Shown piece after piece: positions 20,458 to 29,031 of a stretch of 32,000 nt of DNA. The stretch comes from Nostoc punctiforme PCC 73102 (GTDB lineage: Bacteria; Cyanobacteriota; Cyanobacteriia; Cyanobacteriales; Nostocaceae). Location: positions 6,030,001 to 6,062,000 of the forward strand of contig NC_010628.1 in NCBI RefSeq assembly GCF_000020025.1, written 5' to 3'. The translations under genes were made by a program, and so were the position numbers. A model generated the notes under the pieces. The model ran no database searches. It saw nothing but the letters and a program-made list of their open reading frames with translations, and was not told the DNA's origin. The stretch's first letter is position 1. Each line of letters opens with the position of its first letter.

Positions 20458-20800
20458 CTATTATCTTGATTTTGTAATACTTTCAGGCTTTGTGCAAAAC
20501 GCTACACCCAATTTACACCCAAACTGTAATTTATATGAATTCGTGTTATGTAGTTACATACCATTGCCGCTTACAAGTTATGATGATTGACTGGCTTCGG
20601 ACTTGGGCTGATTTTATGACTCATTCTATACCTTTGTAGCCAATGGCTCAATGACATCTATTGTTCTACAACAATCGGGTGTAATAAAGTTGTCAATTAA
20701 ACAGATGCGATCGCTTCAGACACAGACATAGACCTCAGTCTTAAAGTACGCTCAAGCAGTAAATGGGTGTAATTTAGGCTATTATGATAATTGTTAAATT

Positions 20801-20821
20801 ATTTAGGTAAAATACCTAAAT
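20801..20821. promoter_or_regulatory. Perfect palindrome ATTTAGGTA-aaa-TACCTAAAT upstream of the trypco2/CHAT gene set (candidate operator)
   Basis: 9-bp arms with a 3-nt spacer, 127 nt upstream of ATG 20948. A third half-site, atttagg, lies at 20772-20778. Confidence 0.3.
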
Positions 20822-20947
20822 TTTTAACCATTTCAAGAGAAAAATCGCCAAAAATCCCATATTTTTAAATTGCCAATTAATCACAGTATGCTCATGTAAC
20901 TTTTAGTATCTTCTAAAACATATATCAATTAATATAAGGATTTTGAT

Positions 20948-21328
20948 ATGTCTACAGAAATTGGTTTGGCTGAATTCATCCAGCAAGTAAAAAAAGAACT
21001 ACTGACTACTTACCCAAAGAATGAAAATGATACACCAATACTGTGTGTAGATTCTGTTGAGTTGGAACTACAAGTCACAGTCAAAACAGAAGGAAAGGGT
21101 GGTATAAAAATTAATGTTCTCCTCGGCGGAGAATTATCAGGCGGGGTTAGTAAGGATGGTGTACAGAAGGTAAAAGTGCAACTCTCGCCACTGTTAACTA
21201 AAGAGCAGATTCTCAAAGCCTACTACAAAGAAAATCCGGAAAAATGGCAGAAGTTTTTGGAGACAACTGTGGACGCATTACTGAAAGGTGATGGGGAAAG
21301 CAACCTCAATGAAGACCTCGGTGGCTAA
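20948..21328 (+). CDS. Small trypco2-like protein (trypsin/CHAT co-occurring beta-rich domain), 126 aa
   Basis: Pattern LAEFIQQVKKEL......P.L.VDSVELELQVTVKTEGKGGIKINVL.GGELSGGVSKDGVQKVKVQLSPL. From memory this matches the trypco2 family consensus (helix, then strands ending in h.h.L.P). AAGGA lies 7 nt upstream of the ATG. Confidence 0.6.
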   Translation: MSTEIGLAEFIQQVKKELLTTYPKNENDTPILCVDSVELELQVTVKTEGKGGIKINVLLGGELSGGVSKDGVQKVKVQLSPLLTKEQILKAYYKENPEKWQKFLETTVDALLKGDGESNLNEDLGG

Positions 21329-21356
21329 TATTCAGCACGATGGGTAAAGGGATAAA

Positions 21357-22916
21357 GTGAACACACTAGAACTGAGATTTTATCCGATTGAAGGGAAGCA
21401 GCATAGCTTCAAAGTGAGTGTCGAGGGTTCATCAGGGGAAGTCCATTATGAACCAGAGCTACCTTTTCTTGATGGTGAGATTCCAGATGTTGTGGATAGA
21501 CGTTTCACTATAGTTAAAGTATTAGAGTCAACTAAGTTTGACAACAATACCTTTGAAGATGAAAATGAGCAGGCTTGGATGCTACGCACAAGCCTTCTGC
21601 TGTCAGAGGGGAATGATTTTAAGCCTGGGTATTTGGCTGCTATCGGGAGTATACTCTATCAAGTATTAGGTAATAGTATTCAGCAGGTAATTGAGACAGC
21701 AGTAGCAGATGCTAAACGCGATCGCACCTGGTTACATATTCGGTTGAGATTTCCATCTGACGATCCCAAATTTGTCCATTTGACCGATTATCCTTGGGAG
21801 TTGCTCCATAACGATTATGATTTTCTGGCACATCAAGGCGTGACTTTCTCTCGTTATATTGCCTATGGCAGTCCTTGTCCCAACTTACCTACTGTTGAGC
21901 AGCTCAATGTCTTGTTGATTTCTTCTGGAGCAGGTGATAAAAGGCTGGGGCTACAATCCTTACCTGCTCTTGAGCAAGAAGCGATCGCCCAAGGACTTCA
22001 ACAAGCCAAAAATGAAGGGTTAATCCAACTGGAAATTCTCGCTCCTCCAACATGGAATGCTCTACGAACACGGTTGCTAGAGCGTCGAAATGCGGCAGTT
22101 CCTCATGTTCTCCATTTTGATGGTCATGGTTTTTTTGGAAAGCGCTGTAACCTAGCAGGATGCCGGAAAGCTTATAAGCAGAGTGCAACTCGTTGTGAAT
22201 GTAGTGCAACATTAGGAGAAGCCCAAGGTTATCTATTGTTTGAGCAATCTGATAGCACTGCCGACTATGTAAGTGCTAGGGAACTTGGTGAAATGTTGGG
22301 TAATTTGGAGCGTCGAGAGCAACCTAATTCAGATTGGGGAGTTACATTGGTAGTTCTCAGCGCTTGCAGAAGTGGAATGTCTCGTTTAAGTGAAACTGTC
22401 TTTAATGGTGTAGCTCAAAAGTTGATTGGTCAAGGTATTCCGGCTGTGGTGGCAATGCAGTATTCTGTCCGCGTGGATGCTGCTAGTGCTTTTTCTGAAG
22501 ACTTTTACAAATCACTTGGGCAAAAAGAGTCACTGGCAATCGCACTACGGCGAGGACAAAGTGCAATGGGGATTGAAGGTAATCAATGGTATCGCCCTGT
22601 GCTGTATCTGCGTTGGGAAGATAACGAGGGAGGAAAATTATTCAAGGATTCTCCAGAACGACCAAATGGTGAGTCTCAGGTTATCCTTTCCAAGGATGAT
22701 AGCTCAGTCAACATAGGAGCTACCTTTAGTAGCCCAGATAATGTCAAACGAAAAATTCTCACTGAGCGCCAAGAAAAATTAGAAAAGGAATATACATTAA
22801 TCAATCAACAAATTGATGAAACTATTGATGAGGTTTTGCGCTCTCGTCTTGAATTAAAGGCTGAAAGGATTTTTCGAGATTTGGAAAAGGTAAAATCTGA
22901 TTTATCAAAACTATAA
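21357..22916 (+). CDS. CHAT-domain (caspase-like) protease with N-terminal uncharacterised domain and C-terminal helical adaptor module, 519 aa
   Basis: Caspase-fold catalytic dyad context: PHVLHFDGHG (His257, nt 22125-22127) and TLVVLSACRSG (Cys336, nt 22362-22364), followed by IPAVVAMQYSV. GTG start. Confidence 0.8.
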   Translation: MNTLELRFYPIEGKQHSFKVSVEGSSGEVHYEPELPFLDGEIPDVVDRRFTIVKVLESTKFDNNTFEDENEQAWMLRTSLLLSEGNDFKPGYLAAIGSILYQVLGNSIQQVIETAVADAKRDRTWLHIRLRFPSDDPKFVHLTDYPWELLHNDYDFLAHQGVTFSRYIAYGSPCPNLPTVEQLNVLLISSGAGDKRLGLQSLPALEQEAIAQGLQQAKNEGLIQLEILAPPTWNALRTRLLERRNAAVPHVLHFDGHGFFGKRCNLAGCRKAYKQSATRCECSATLGEAQGYLLFEQSDSTADYVSARELGEMLGNLERREQPNSDWGVTLVVLSACRSGMSRLSETVFNGVAQKLIGQGIPAVVAMQYSVRVDAASAFSEDFYKSLGQKESLAIALRRGQSAMGIEGNQWYRPVLYLRWEDNEGGKLFKDSPERPNGESQVILSKDDSSVNIGATFSSPDNVKRKILTERQEKLEKEYTLINQQIDETIDEVLRSRLELKAERIFRDLEKVKSDLSKL

Positions 22917-22967
22917 ATTTTATATTTTTATATTAGTTAATTTTTTATAAAGAGAAAAGGTTGATTC

Positions 22968-23975
22968 ATGAATGTGAGGTCTGAGATACTAAGAGAATCA
23001 CCAATTGAAGTTAAGCGTAAAACTCTAAATAAGCGTTATACAGATTTGTTAAATCAATATACGTTAGCTAATCAAAAAATTGATGAGACAATTGAAGAGT
23101 CTGAACGTTACCGTCGGCAACAAGAGGCAGATAGATTGTACAGCGATCTAGAAGCTGTTGATAGAAAACTAAAACAACTTGATAAACAAAGCATTAATTC
23201 AAATCGTCGCTACTTAAATCTTGAACAAGATATAGCCAAAATTGATTTTGAGCAAGTAATGGAAAAAATTGACGAGATTATTCGTGGATTTCGTCGAGGA
23301 GTTAGAGGAGATGCATTGATAATAGTTCAAGAAAACCTTGCAATGGCTGGAGATTTATGCATTAAAAGAATACAAGAACGATTAGGGCAGGAAACAGGAG
23401 ATTTTAAGCATATTGAAATTGAATTTTCTCCTGAAGGATGTTTAGACAAAGTTGGTTTTTTAGAGAAGTTAGCAGAATATTTTAATGCTTCTTTTACTAA
23501 AGAGCCAGAGCAATTTGAGCAAGACTGTATTCAACTAATTATAGAAAAAATATGTGGTTCGCTTCAGGGAGGTAGTATTCTTTTTATGGAAGTTAGAAAA
23601 TGGGATGAGCTACCATGTCAAGAAGATATTTTTCAATGGTTTATTACTAGTTTTTGGATGCCTCTTATAGCTCGTTTAGAAATAGTTTCTCAAACTCATC
23701 GACGAGTGAAATTTATTGGTGCTATTGTGGCTGATGCAGAGTTTTCTTCAAGTTGTATCGATTTCGATTATTTATGTCTAGGTGAAAATCCTCCTAAAAT
23801 GCTGGTGTTACCTTTACAATTTTGGACGGTTGATGAAATTCAGGAATGGTTAGAATGCTATCCGGGTCTGGACAATCCTCGCAGTATACAACTAGCAAAA
23901 CGTATTCATCGAGCAAGTCAGAAGGGAATTCCATCACTAGTATGTACTGCATTGAGAAAAGAATTTATTGCATAA
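22968..23975 (+). CDS. Adaptor-like protein, 335 aa: N-terminal helical module homologous to the CHAT C-terminus plus an uncharacterised alpha/beta C-terminal domain (possible vWA-MoxR-associated, VMAP-type component)
   Basis: aa 15-71 align without gaps to CHAT aa 463-519, with 28/57 identical by hand count. The rest has alternating strand-like and helix-like segments (ALIIVQENLAMAG, SILFMEVRKWDELP, VKFIGAIVADAE). No intact Walker motifs were seen. Confidence 0.55.
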   Translation: MNVRSEILRESPIEVKRKTLNKRYTDLLNQYTLANQKIDETIEESERYRRQQEADRLYSDLEAVDRKLKQLDKQSINSNRRYLNLEQDIAKIDFEQVMEKIDEIIRGFRRGVRGDALIIVQENLAMAGDLCIKRIQERLGQETGDFKHIEIEFSPEGCLDKVGFLEKLAEYFNASFTKEPEQFEQDCIQLIIEKICGSLQGGSILFMEVRKWDELPCQEDIFQWFITSFWMPLIARLEIVSQTHRRVKFIGAIVADAEFSSSCIDFDYLCLGENPPKMLVLPLQFWTVDEIQEWLECYPGLDNPRSIQLAKRIHRASQKGIPSLVCTALRKEFIA

Positions 23976-24027
23976 ATAAAATTTTTTAACCGTTCACATA
24001 GCTGTTATTTAGATAAACATTGAATGT

Positions 24028-25005
24028 ATGGCTACAGTATCTAACCGATTAAAGTTTACGGGTGATTTCAACGCTCAACCTGAAAATCCACATAAGCATT
24101 CACCAACGCACCCAGAACCTTATATAATTTCTCCCGAATTAAAAAAAGCCGTCAATTTAGCTATCTACCTCCGGCGACCATTATTATTAGAAGGAGATGC
24201 GGGATGTGGTAAAACTCGCCTCGCTTCGGCTGTTGCTTATGAGTTAGGATTACCCCTTTACCGTTGGGATGTCCGTTCTACTACTAGAGCTTTGGATGGA
24301 CTATATGAATACGATGCAATTTTGAGACTGCATGATGTACAAACGCAGAAAGTAGCACCACTACCAATAGATGAATCACAAACAGATGAGGATGAAGATG
24401 AAGAAAGGTTAAATCATAATCCTGCTAATCCTAAGCACTACCGTAAATTTGGAGCGTTAGGAAAGGCATTTAAGTTAAAAGATTGTCCAGCAGTTGTGTT
24501 AATTGATGAGATTGATAAAGCAGATTTAGATTTTCCCAATGATTTGCTGACTGTATTAGATGAGCCTTGGGAATTCAAGATTAAGGAAACTGGGGAAACG
24601 ATTCGCGCTAACCATAAACCTATTGTCATCATTACTAGTAATAAAGAAAAAGGTAACTTACCTGCGCCATTTCTGCGGCGTTGCTTATATTACTATGTAG
24701 ACTTTCCTAATGAGAAGAAGCGATTACAGGAAATTGTCGAAAAACATTACCAAGTTCGTGAGGAAACACCCCCGCCTAGTGCTTTGGTGGAGAATGCGGT
24801 TGAGCGTTTCCTGGCTGTGTGGAATGAAGGTGGACTCTTCAAGAAACCGGGAACCAGTGAATTTCTTGATTGGCTAAAAGCACTCCACACCTTTGAGCCA
24901 AAACCATACAATGCAGCGCAACTTAAAAAAGACAAGCTACTACCCTACCGAGAGTTATTATTTAAGCTTCAGCAAGACTGGAAGAAATATGCTAAAACCT
25001 CATGA
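24028..25005 (+). CDS. MoxR-like AAA+ ATPase (AAA_5 type), 325 aa
   Basis: Walker A LLLEGDAGCGKTRLA (nt 24193-24216), Walker B AVVLIDEIDKAD (DE at 24505-24510), sensor-1-like VIITSN, and LRRC arginine. An acidic insert DESQTDEDEDEE is present. Confidence 0.85.
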   Translation: MATVSNRLKFTGDFNAQPENPHKHSPTHPEPYIISPELKKAVNLAIYLRRPLLLEGDAGCGKTRLASAVAYELGLPLYRWDVRSTTRALDGLYEYDAILRLHDVQTQKVAPLPIDESQTDEDEDEERLNHNPANPKHYRKFGALGKAFKLKDCPAVVLIDEIDKADLDFPNDLLTVLDEPWEFKIKETGETIRANHKPIVIITSNKEKGNLPAPFLRRCLYYYVDFPNEKKRLQEIVEKHYQVREETPPPSALVENAVERFLAVWNEGGLFKKPGTSEFLDWLKALHTFEPKPYNAAQLKKDKLLPYRELLFKLQQDWKKYAKTS

Positions 25006-26096
25006 GTTCCTTTAACCCCCAAGATTTAATTACTCGTGCCTTTATTCGTCTGCGCCAAAGTGGTTTTCAGCTTGGCGTGGGTGAACTTTTGGCGGCGAGA
25101 CAAGCAGTTGAGGGGGGATTTGGGGAAACTCCAGAAGAATTAGCTGAGACGTTGAAAATTTTATGGTGTCACTCTCCTTCAGAACAAACTCAGTTTGACC
25201 CCATTTGGGAATCTCTACCAGTCAATTTAAACCCCAAACTACCTGAAAAAAACCCTGGACAAGAATCAAAACCAGAAAAACATCAACAACAGGAGGAGAA
25301 ACCCCAAGAAAAACCATCACCACCGCCTTCTCAGGAAACTGGGACTGAAATCAAATCTGAACTGGAACTAGCATCACTCCCAATTCGCGCACCTTTTACT
25401 CCTGCGGAAACTGAGGATATATCTACATTACAGGCATACTATCCCATTTCCCGGCGTTCGATGATCTATAGCTGGCGATATCTCCGCCGACCTGTTGGGG
25501 ATGGGCCATTAAATGTACTAGATGTCGATGCCACCATTGAGCAAACCACTCGCCAGGGATTTTACTTAGCTCCAGTTTACCGCAGACAAGAAAGGAATAA
25601 TGCCCATCTGTTACTGCTGCTTGACCAAAATGGCTCGATGAACCCGTTTCACCGCTTCACTCGTGATTTAGTGGAAACGGCACTCTACGAAAGTTCTCTG
25701 CAACCAGAAAAAGTAGATGTATTTTATTTCCATAACGTGCCTGCTGCCAGTGTTTACAAAGACCTCTACCTGACAGAACCAATTGCTCTACAAAGGGTAT
25801 TAGCCGCCTGCGATAATCAAACTAGTATATTGATTGTCAGTGATGCTGGCGCTGCACGGGGGTATCGGGAGTTAAAGCGAATTCAGGCAACTACAAGTTG
25901 TTTATTTAAATTGAACCAGTACACTTCTTTGATTGCTTGGTTAAATCCTATGCCTGAAGAACGCTGGATTGGCAGTTCAGCAGAAATCATTGCTAATTTG
26001 GTGCCAATGTATCAGATGGATAATAATGGCTTAAGTAATGCTATTGATATTGTGCGCGGACAACCTCTCCAACACTTACATTCACCTCTCTCATGA
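25002..26096 (+). CDS. vWA-domain protein (CoxE-like, MoxR partner), 364 aa
   Basis: It overlaps the MoxR stop by 4 nt (ATGA). MIDAS-region strand LLLLLDQNGSMNPF (nt 25623-25640) and later strand ILIVSDAGAARG. A P/E/Q/K-rich low-complexity linker spans aa 78-118. Confidence 0.75.
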   Translation: MSSFNPQDLITRAFIRLRQSGFQLGVGELLAARQAVEGGFGETPEELAETLKILWCHSPSEQTQFDPIWESLPVNLNPKLPEKNPGQESKPEKHQQQEEKPQEKPSPPPSQETGTEIKSELELASLPIRAPFTPAETEDISTLQAYYPISRRSMIYSWRYLRRPVGDGPLNVLDVDATIEQTTRQGFYLAPVYRRQERNNAHLLLLLDQNGSMNPFHRFTRDLVETALYESSLQPEKVDVFYFHNVPAASVYKDLYLTEPIALQRVLAACDNQTSILIVSDAGAARGYRELKRIQATTSCLFKLNQYTSLIAWLNPMPEERWIGSSAEIIANLVPMYQMDNNGLSNAIDIVRGQPLQHLHSPLS

Positions 26097-28039
26097 CAGA
26101 TTTAGCTAATGCAGGGCAATTGCGAGAACAGGCGAAACAAGCAGTAGATAGATTTGTGCGGCGTTTCGATAAATCCTATCGACTATTAGCGTATCATGCT
26201 GCATTACCTTTGGTACTGACTCCAGAATTAGTAAACTACCTACGCAATGAGTTTTTGCGAAGTGAGCAAGTTCCTTGGGTAGCAGAGGTTGACTTGTTGT
26301 TGTCTGACCTGTGCAGTCAAGTGGGGTACGAACTTTACGCAATGGAAACCCATGTGCGGGAATATCTCCTAGAGCAAATGCAGCAAGACTCAAGCTTTGG
26401 CAAGCAGCGAATGCAAGAAGTAGCACAGGTCTTATACAGTTATGTCAGTTATCTAAGTCGGCTTAATCCCGGAAGACGGCAACAGGAAATAGAAGCTCAA
26501 CGATGGGCAGCAATGGTATATTTGGGGGATGAACAGTGTAAAAAGGCAGCGAGTGAAATTGTCCAGCGACTAATAGAAACCATTAGTGGAACAGATAGCG
26601 AAATTCTCTCTGACTCTGGTATTCGGGCTGAGTTAGCACGATTAGCACGCATTACCAAAGAACTATCGCCTCAGTTACAGCAAGAGCCTACTTTACTAGA
26701 GTCTGCAAGATTGGTACAGCAAGTTTTAAGAACATCACAGAAAGTTCCTGCGCTAGAAGAGTTGGCAAAGATTTTGACATCTTCTAAGCAGATAGTTGCT
26801 AATCTGGAAGGCTTTCCACCAATACAAACTTTTGAATTTCAAGTAGCAAGCATCACTATTCAGAGTGATGATATAGAAGCATTTAATCTTCAAATCTTTG
26901 AATTTGAAGTAGCAACTATCACAGGAATCAACGAGTCTAATATATCAAGTACAATTAATTCTGTAGAAATTGTTGATAATCTAGTATTTTCTCAAATAGA
27001 AAAACACCTAAGTAGAGTTGAAGAGTTAATCATACAGGCAGCAATATCAAATCAAAGTTATAAGAAAATTACAATACAAGGTTATACCACAAACTACCTA
27101 AGTAATGTTGCTAGCAAATTATGGAAAGTTTTATCGGCAGCATTAGGCGAAAAAGTTAATAAATCAAATTTAAAGAATGTTATTCAACGGTGGGTAAATT
27201 ATTCTCAAATAGATATTCACCGCAGTCTTGGACAAGCTCAGTATTTTATCGAAGACTTTGGGAATGGAATTTGGCTAGAGATGGTGCAGATTCCCGGAGG
27301 CACTTTTGTAATGGGTTCACCGGAAGATGAACTAGAGCGCCATGATGATGAAGATCCTCAGCATACAGTAACAGTACAGCAATTTTGCATGGGTAAACAC
27401 CCAGTAACCCAAGCACAGTGGAGAGCAGTAGCAGCACTACCGCAATTTAACCGCGAACTTGATGCTGACCCCTCTGAATTTAAAGGTGCAAATCGACCAG
27501 TTGAGCAAGTTTCCTGGTACGATGCGGTTGAATTCTGCGATCGCATCTCCCAACATACAGGAAAAAGCTACCGTCTGCCCAGCGAAGCAGAATGGGAATA
27601 TGCCTGTCGCGCTGGAACTACCACCCCATTTCATTTTGGTGAAACAATCACATCAAAACTGGCAAACTATAATGCTAGCTACACTTATGGCGCGGGTGTG
27701 GAAGGAATATATCGCCAAGAAACTACAGTTGTGGGCAGTTTTGGAGTAGCTAATGCCTTTGGGTTATACGATATGCACGGAAACATAGACGAATGGTGTC
27801 TCGATGATTGGCACGATAACTATGAAGGTGCGCCTACAGATGGCAGTGCTTGGCTTGACGAAAATGATAACCTTTATCAAAAACAAGGACGTGCCGTGCT
27901 GCGGGGCGGTTCCTGGTTCAACAATCCTGATTTCTGCCGTTCCGCGTCCCGCGTCATCAACAGTTGGGCGGAGCGCGACAACGTCGTCAGCAATGTTGGT
28001 TTTCGTGTTGTCTGCGCGTTCGGGAGGATTCTTCAGTAG
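26093..28039 (+). CDS. DGR target protein 1, 648 aa: N-terminal helical domain, duplicated FEF(E/Q)VA(S/T)IT motif, HTH-like segment, and C-terminal FGE-sulfatase (C-type-lectin fold) domain carrying VR1
   Basis: It overlaps the vWA stop by 4 nt (ATGA). C-terminal domain motifs: GGTFVMGS, HPVTQAQW, RLPSEAEWEYACRAG, YDMHGNIDEW, RGGSW...CRSASR. The last 47 codons coincide with VR1. Confidence 0.9.
   Translation: MTDLANAGQLREQAKQAVDRFVRRFDKSYRLLAYHAALPLVLTPELVNYLRNEFLRSEQVPWVAEVDLLLSDLCSQVGYELYAMETHVREYLLEQMQQDSSFGKQRMQEVAQVLYSYVSYLSRLNPGRRQQEIEAQRWAAMVYLGDEQCKKAASEIVQRLIETISGTDSEILSDSGIRAELARLARITKELSPQLQQEPTLLESARLVQQVLRTSQKVPALEELAKILTSSKQIVANLEGFPPIQTFEFQVASITIQSDDIEAFNLQIFEFEVATITGINESNISSTINSVEIVDNLVFSQIEKHLSRVEELIIQAAISNQSYKKITIQGYTTNYLSNVASKLWKVLSAALGEKVNKSNLKNVIQRWVNYSQIDIHRSLGQAQYFIEDFGNGIWLEMVQIPGGTFVMGSPEDELERHDDEDPQHTVTVQQFCMGKHPVTQAQWRAVAALPQFNRELDADPSEFKGANRPVEQVSWYDAVEFCDRISQHTGKSYRLPSEAEWEYACRAGTTTPFHFGETITSKLANYNASYTYGAGVEGIYRQETTVVGSFGVANAFGLYDMHGNIDEWCLDDWHDNYEGAPTDGSAWLDENDNLYQKQGRAVLRGGSWFNNPDFCRSASRVINSWAERDNVVSNVGFRVVCAFGRILQ
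27899..28025 (+). repeat. DGR variable repeat VR1
   Basis: 127-nt ungapped match to the TR (30586-30712). All 15 mismatches fall at TR adenines and there are no other differences. Confidence 0.93.
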
Positions 28040-28191
28040 CCCTTTATACTCTAGTGCTTTAGCCCTTTACTCTTCTTTTTTTGCCCTTTGTTAGCGTAGC
28101 GAAGCGGAGCGTTATAAATTTTTTTTCAAATTTAAGCCTGGGAAGTCCCCAAATTTACAATTAAGCAAGAAAGTAAAGCAAGTGGTAATAA

Positions 28192-29031
28192 ATGCCAAAA
28201 ATAGTTATAAGCCACACACAGAAGACAGCCCAATACTATGTAGAAGACTTAGGTAATGGAATTAATTTAGAGATGGTGGTGATTCCTGCGGACAGTTTTA
28301 TGATGGGTTCATCAGAAGATGAACTAGAGCGTAGTGATTCAGAAAGCCCTCAGCATTTAGTGAACGTTAAACAATTTTGTATGGGTAAGTATCCAGTTAC
28401 CCAAGCACAGTGGAAAGCCGTAGCAGCACTACCAGGGGTTAACAGAGAGCTAGAAGCTGACCCATCGAATTTCAAAGGAGATCAACGACCTGTAGAGAAA
28501 GTATCTTGGTACGATGCGGTAGAGTTTTGCGATCGCCTTGCTGCCCATACTAAAAGACAGTACCGCCTACCCAGTGAAGCCGAATGGGAATATGCCTGTA
28601 GAGCCGGAACTACGACTCCATTCCATTTTGGCGAAACAATTACATCAAAGTTAGCCAACTATGATGCTAACTATACTTATGTCGCAGGTGAGAAAGGAAC
28701 ATATCGACAAGAGACTACACCTGTGGGCAGTTTTGGCGTAGCTAACGCCTTTGGGCTATACGATATGCACGGAAATGTGTTGGAATGGTGTCTCGACGAT
28801 TGGCACGATAACTATGAACGTGCGCCGACAGATGGTAGTCCTTGGTTTAATGATAATGATAGCCTTTACCAAAGACAAGGAAATGCTGTACTGCGGGGCG
28901 GTTCCTGGATCTTCGATCCTGATTACTGCCGTTCCGCGTCCCGCAACCTCAGCTATAGGGCGGAGCGCGACGGCATCCTCAGCACTCTTGGTTTTCGTGT
29001 TGTCTGCGCGTTCGGGAGGATTCTTCAGTAG
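28192..29031 (+). CDS. DGR target protein 2, 279 aa: stand-alone FGE-sulfatase (C-type-lectin fold) domain protein carrying VR2
   Basis: Collinear paralog of aa 382-648 of the upstream protein, with the same motifs (RLPSEAEWEYACRAG, YDMHGNVLEW, RGGSW...CRSASR). The last 47 codons coincide with VR2. Confidence 0.9.
   Translation: MPKIVISHTQKTAQYYVEDLGNGINLEMVVIPADSFMMGSSEDELERSDSESPQHLVNVKQFCMGKYPVTQAQWKAVAALPGVNRELEADPSNFKGDQRPVEKVSWYDAVEFCDRLAAHTKRQYRLPSEAEWEYACRAGTTTPFHFGETITSKLANYDANYTYVAGEKGTYRQETTPVGSFGVANAFGLYDMHGNVLEWCLDDWHDNYERAPTDGSPWFNDNDSLYQRQGNAVLRGGSWIFDPDYCRSASRNLSYRAERDGILSTLGFRVVCAFGRILQ
28891..29017 (+). repeat. DGR variable repeat VR2
   Basis: 127-nt ungapped match to the TR. 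All 17 mismatches fall at TR adenines and there are no other differences. Confidence 0.93.

Noticed and set aside
21989-27536. Absence of HIP1 (GCGATCGC) over about 5.5 kb in the middle of the conflict-system block, and over 28537-32000, considered as evidence of recent foreign origin.
   Set aside because: HIP1 sites do occur in the block (20707, 21718, 21981, 27537, 28529). HIP1-free stretches of similar size also occur in core genes, for example about 3 kb in dnaE (7004-10181). The count was done by eye and the statistics are too weak. At most this suggests a cyanobacterial donor background.
27236-29031. The FGE-sulfatase domain proteins, considered as genuine formylglycine-generating (sulfatase-maturing) or EgtB-like enzymes.
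   Set aside because: Their C-terminal segments are the hypervariable VRs of a DGR, there are no sulfatase genes nearby, and one copy is fused to a MoxR/vWA-coupled module. A ligand-binding role for the C-type-lectin fold is far more likely. This is an inference, because active-site residues were not rigorously checked.
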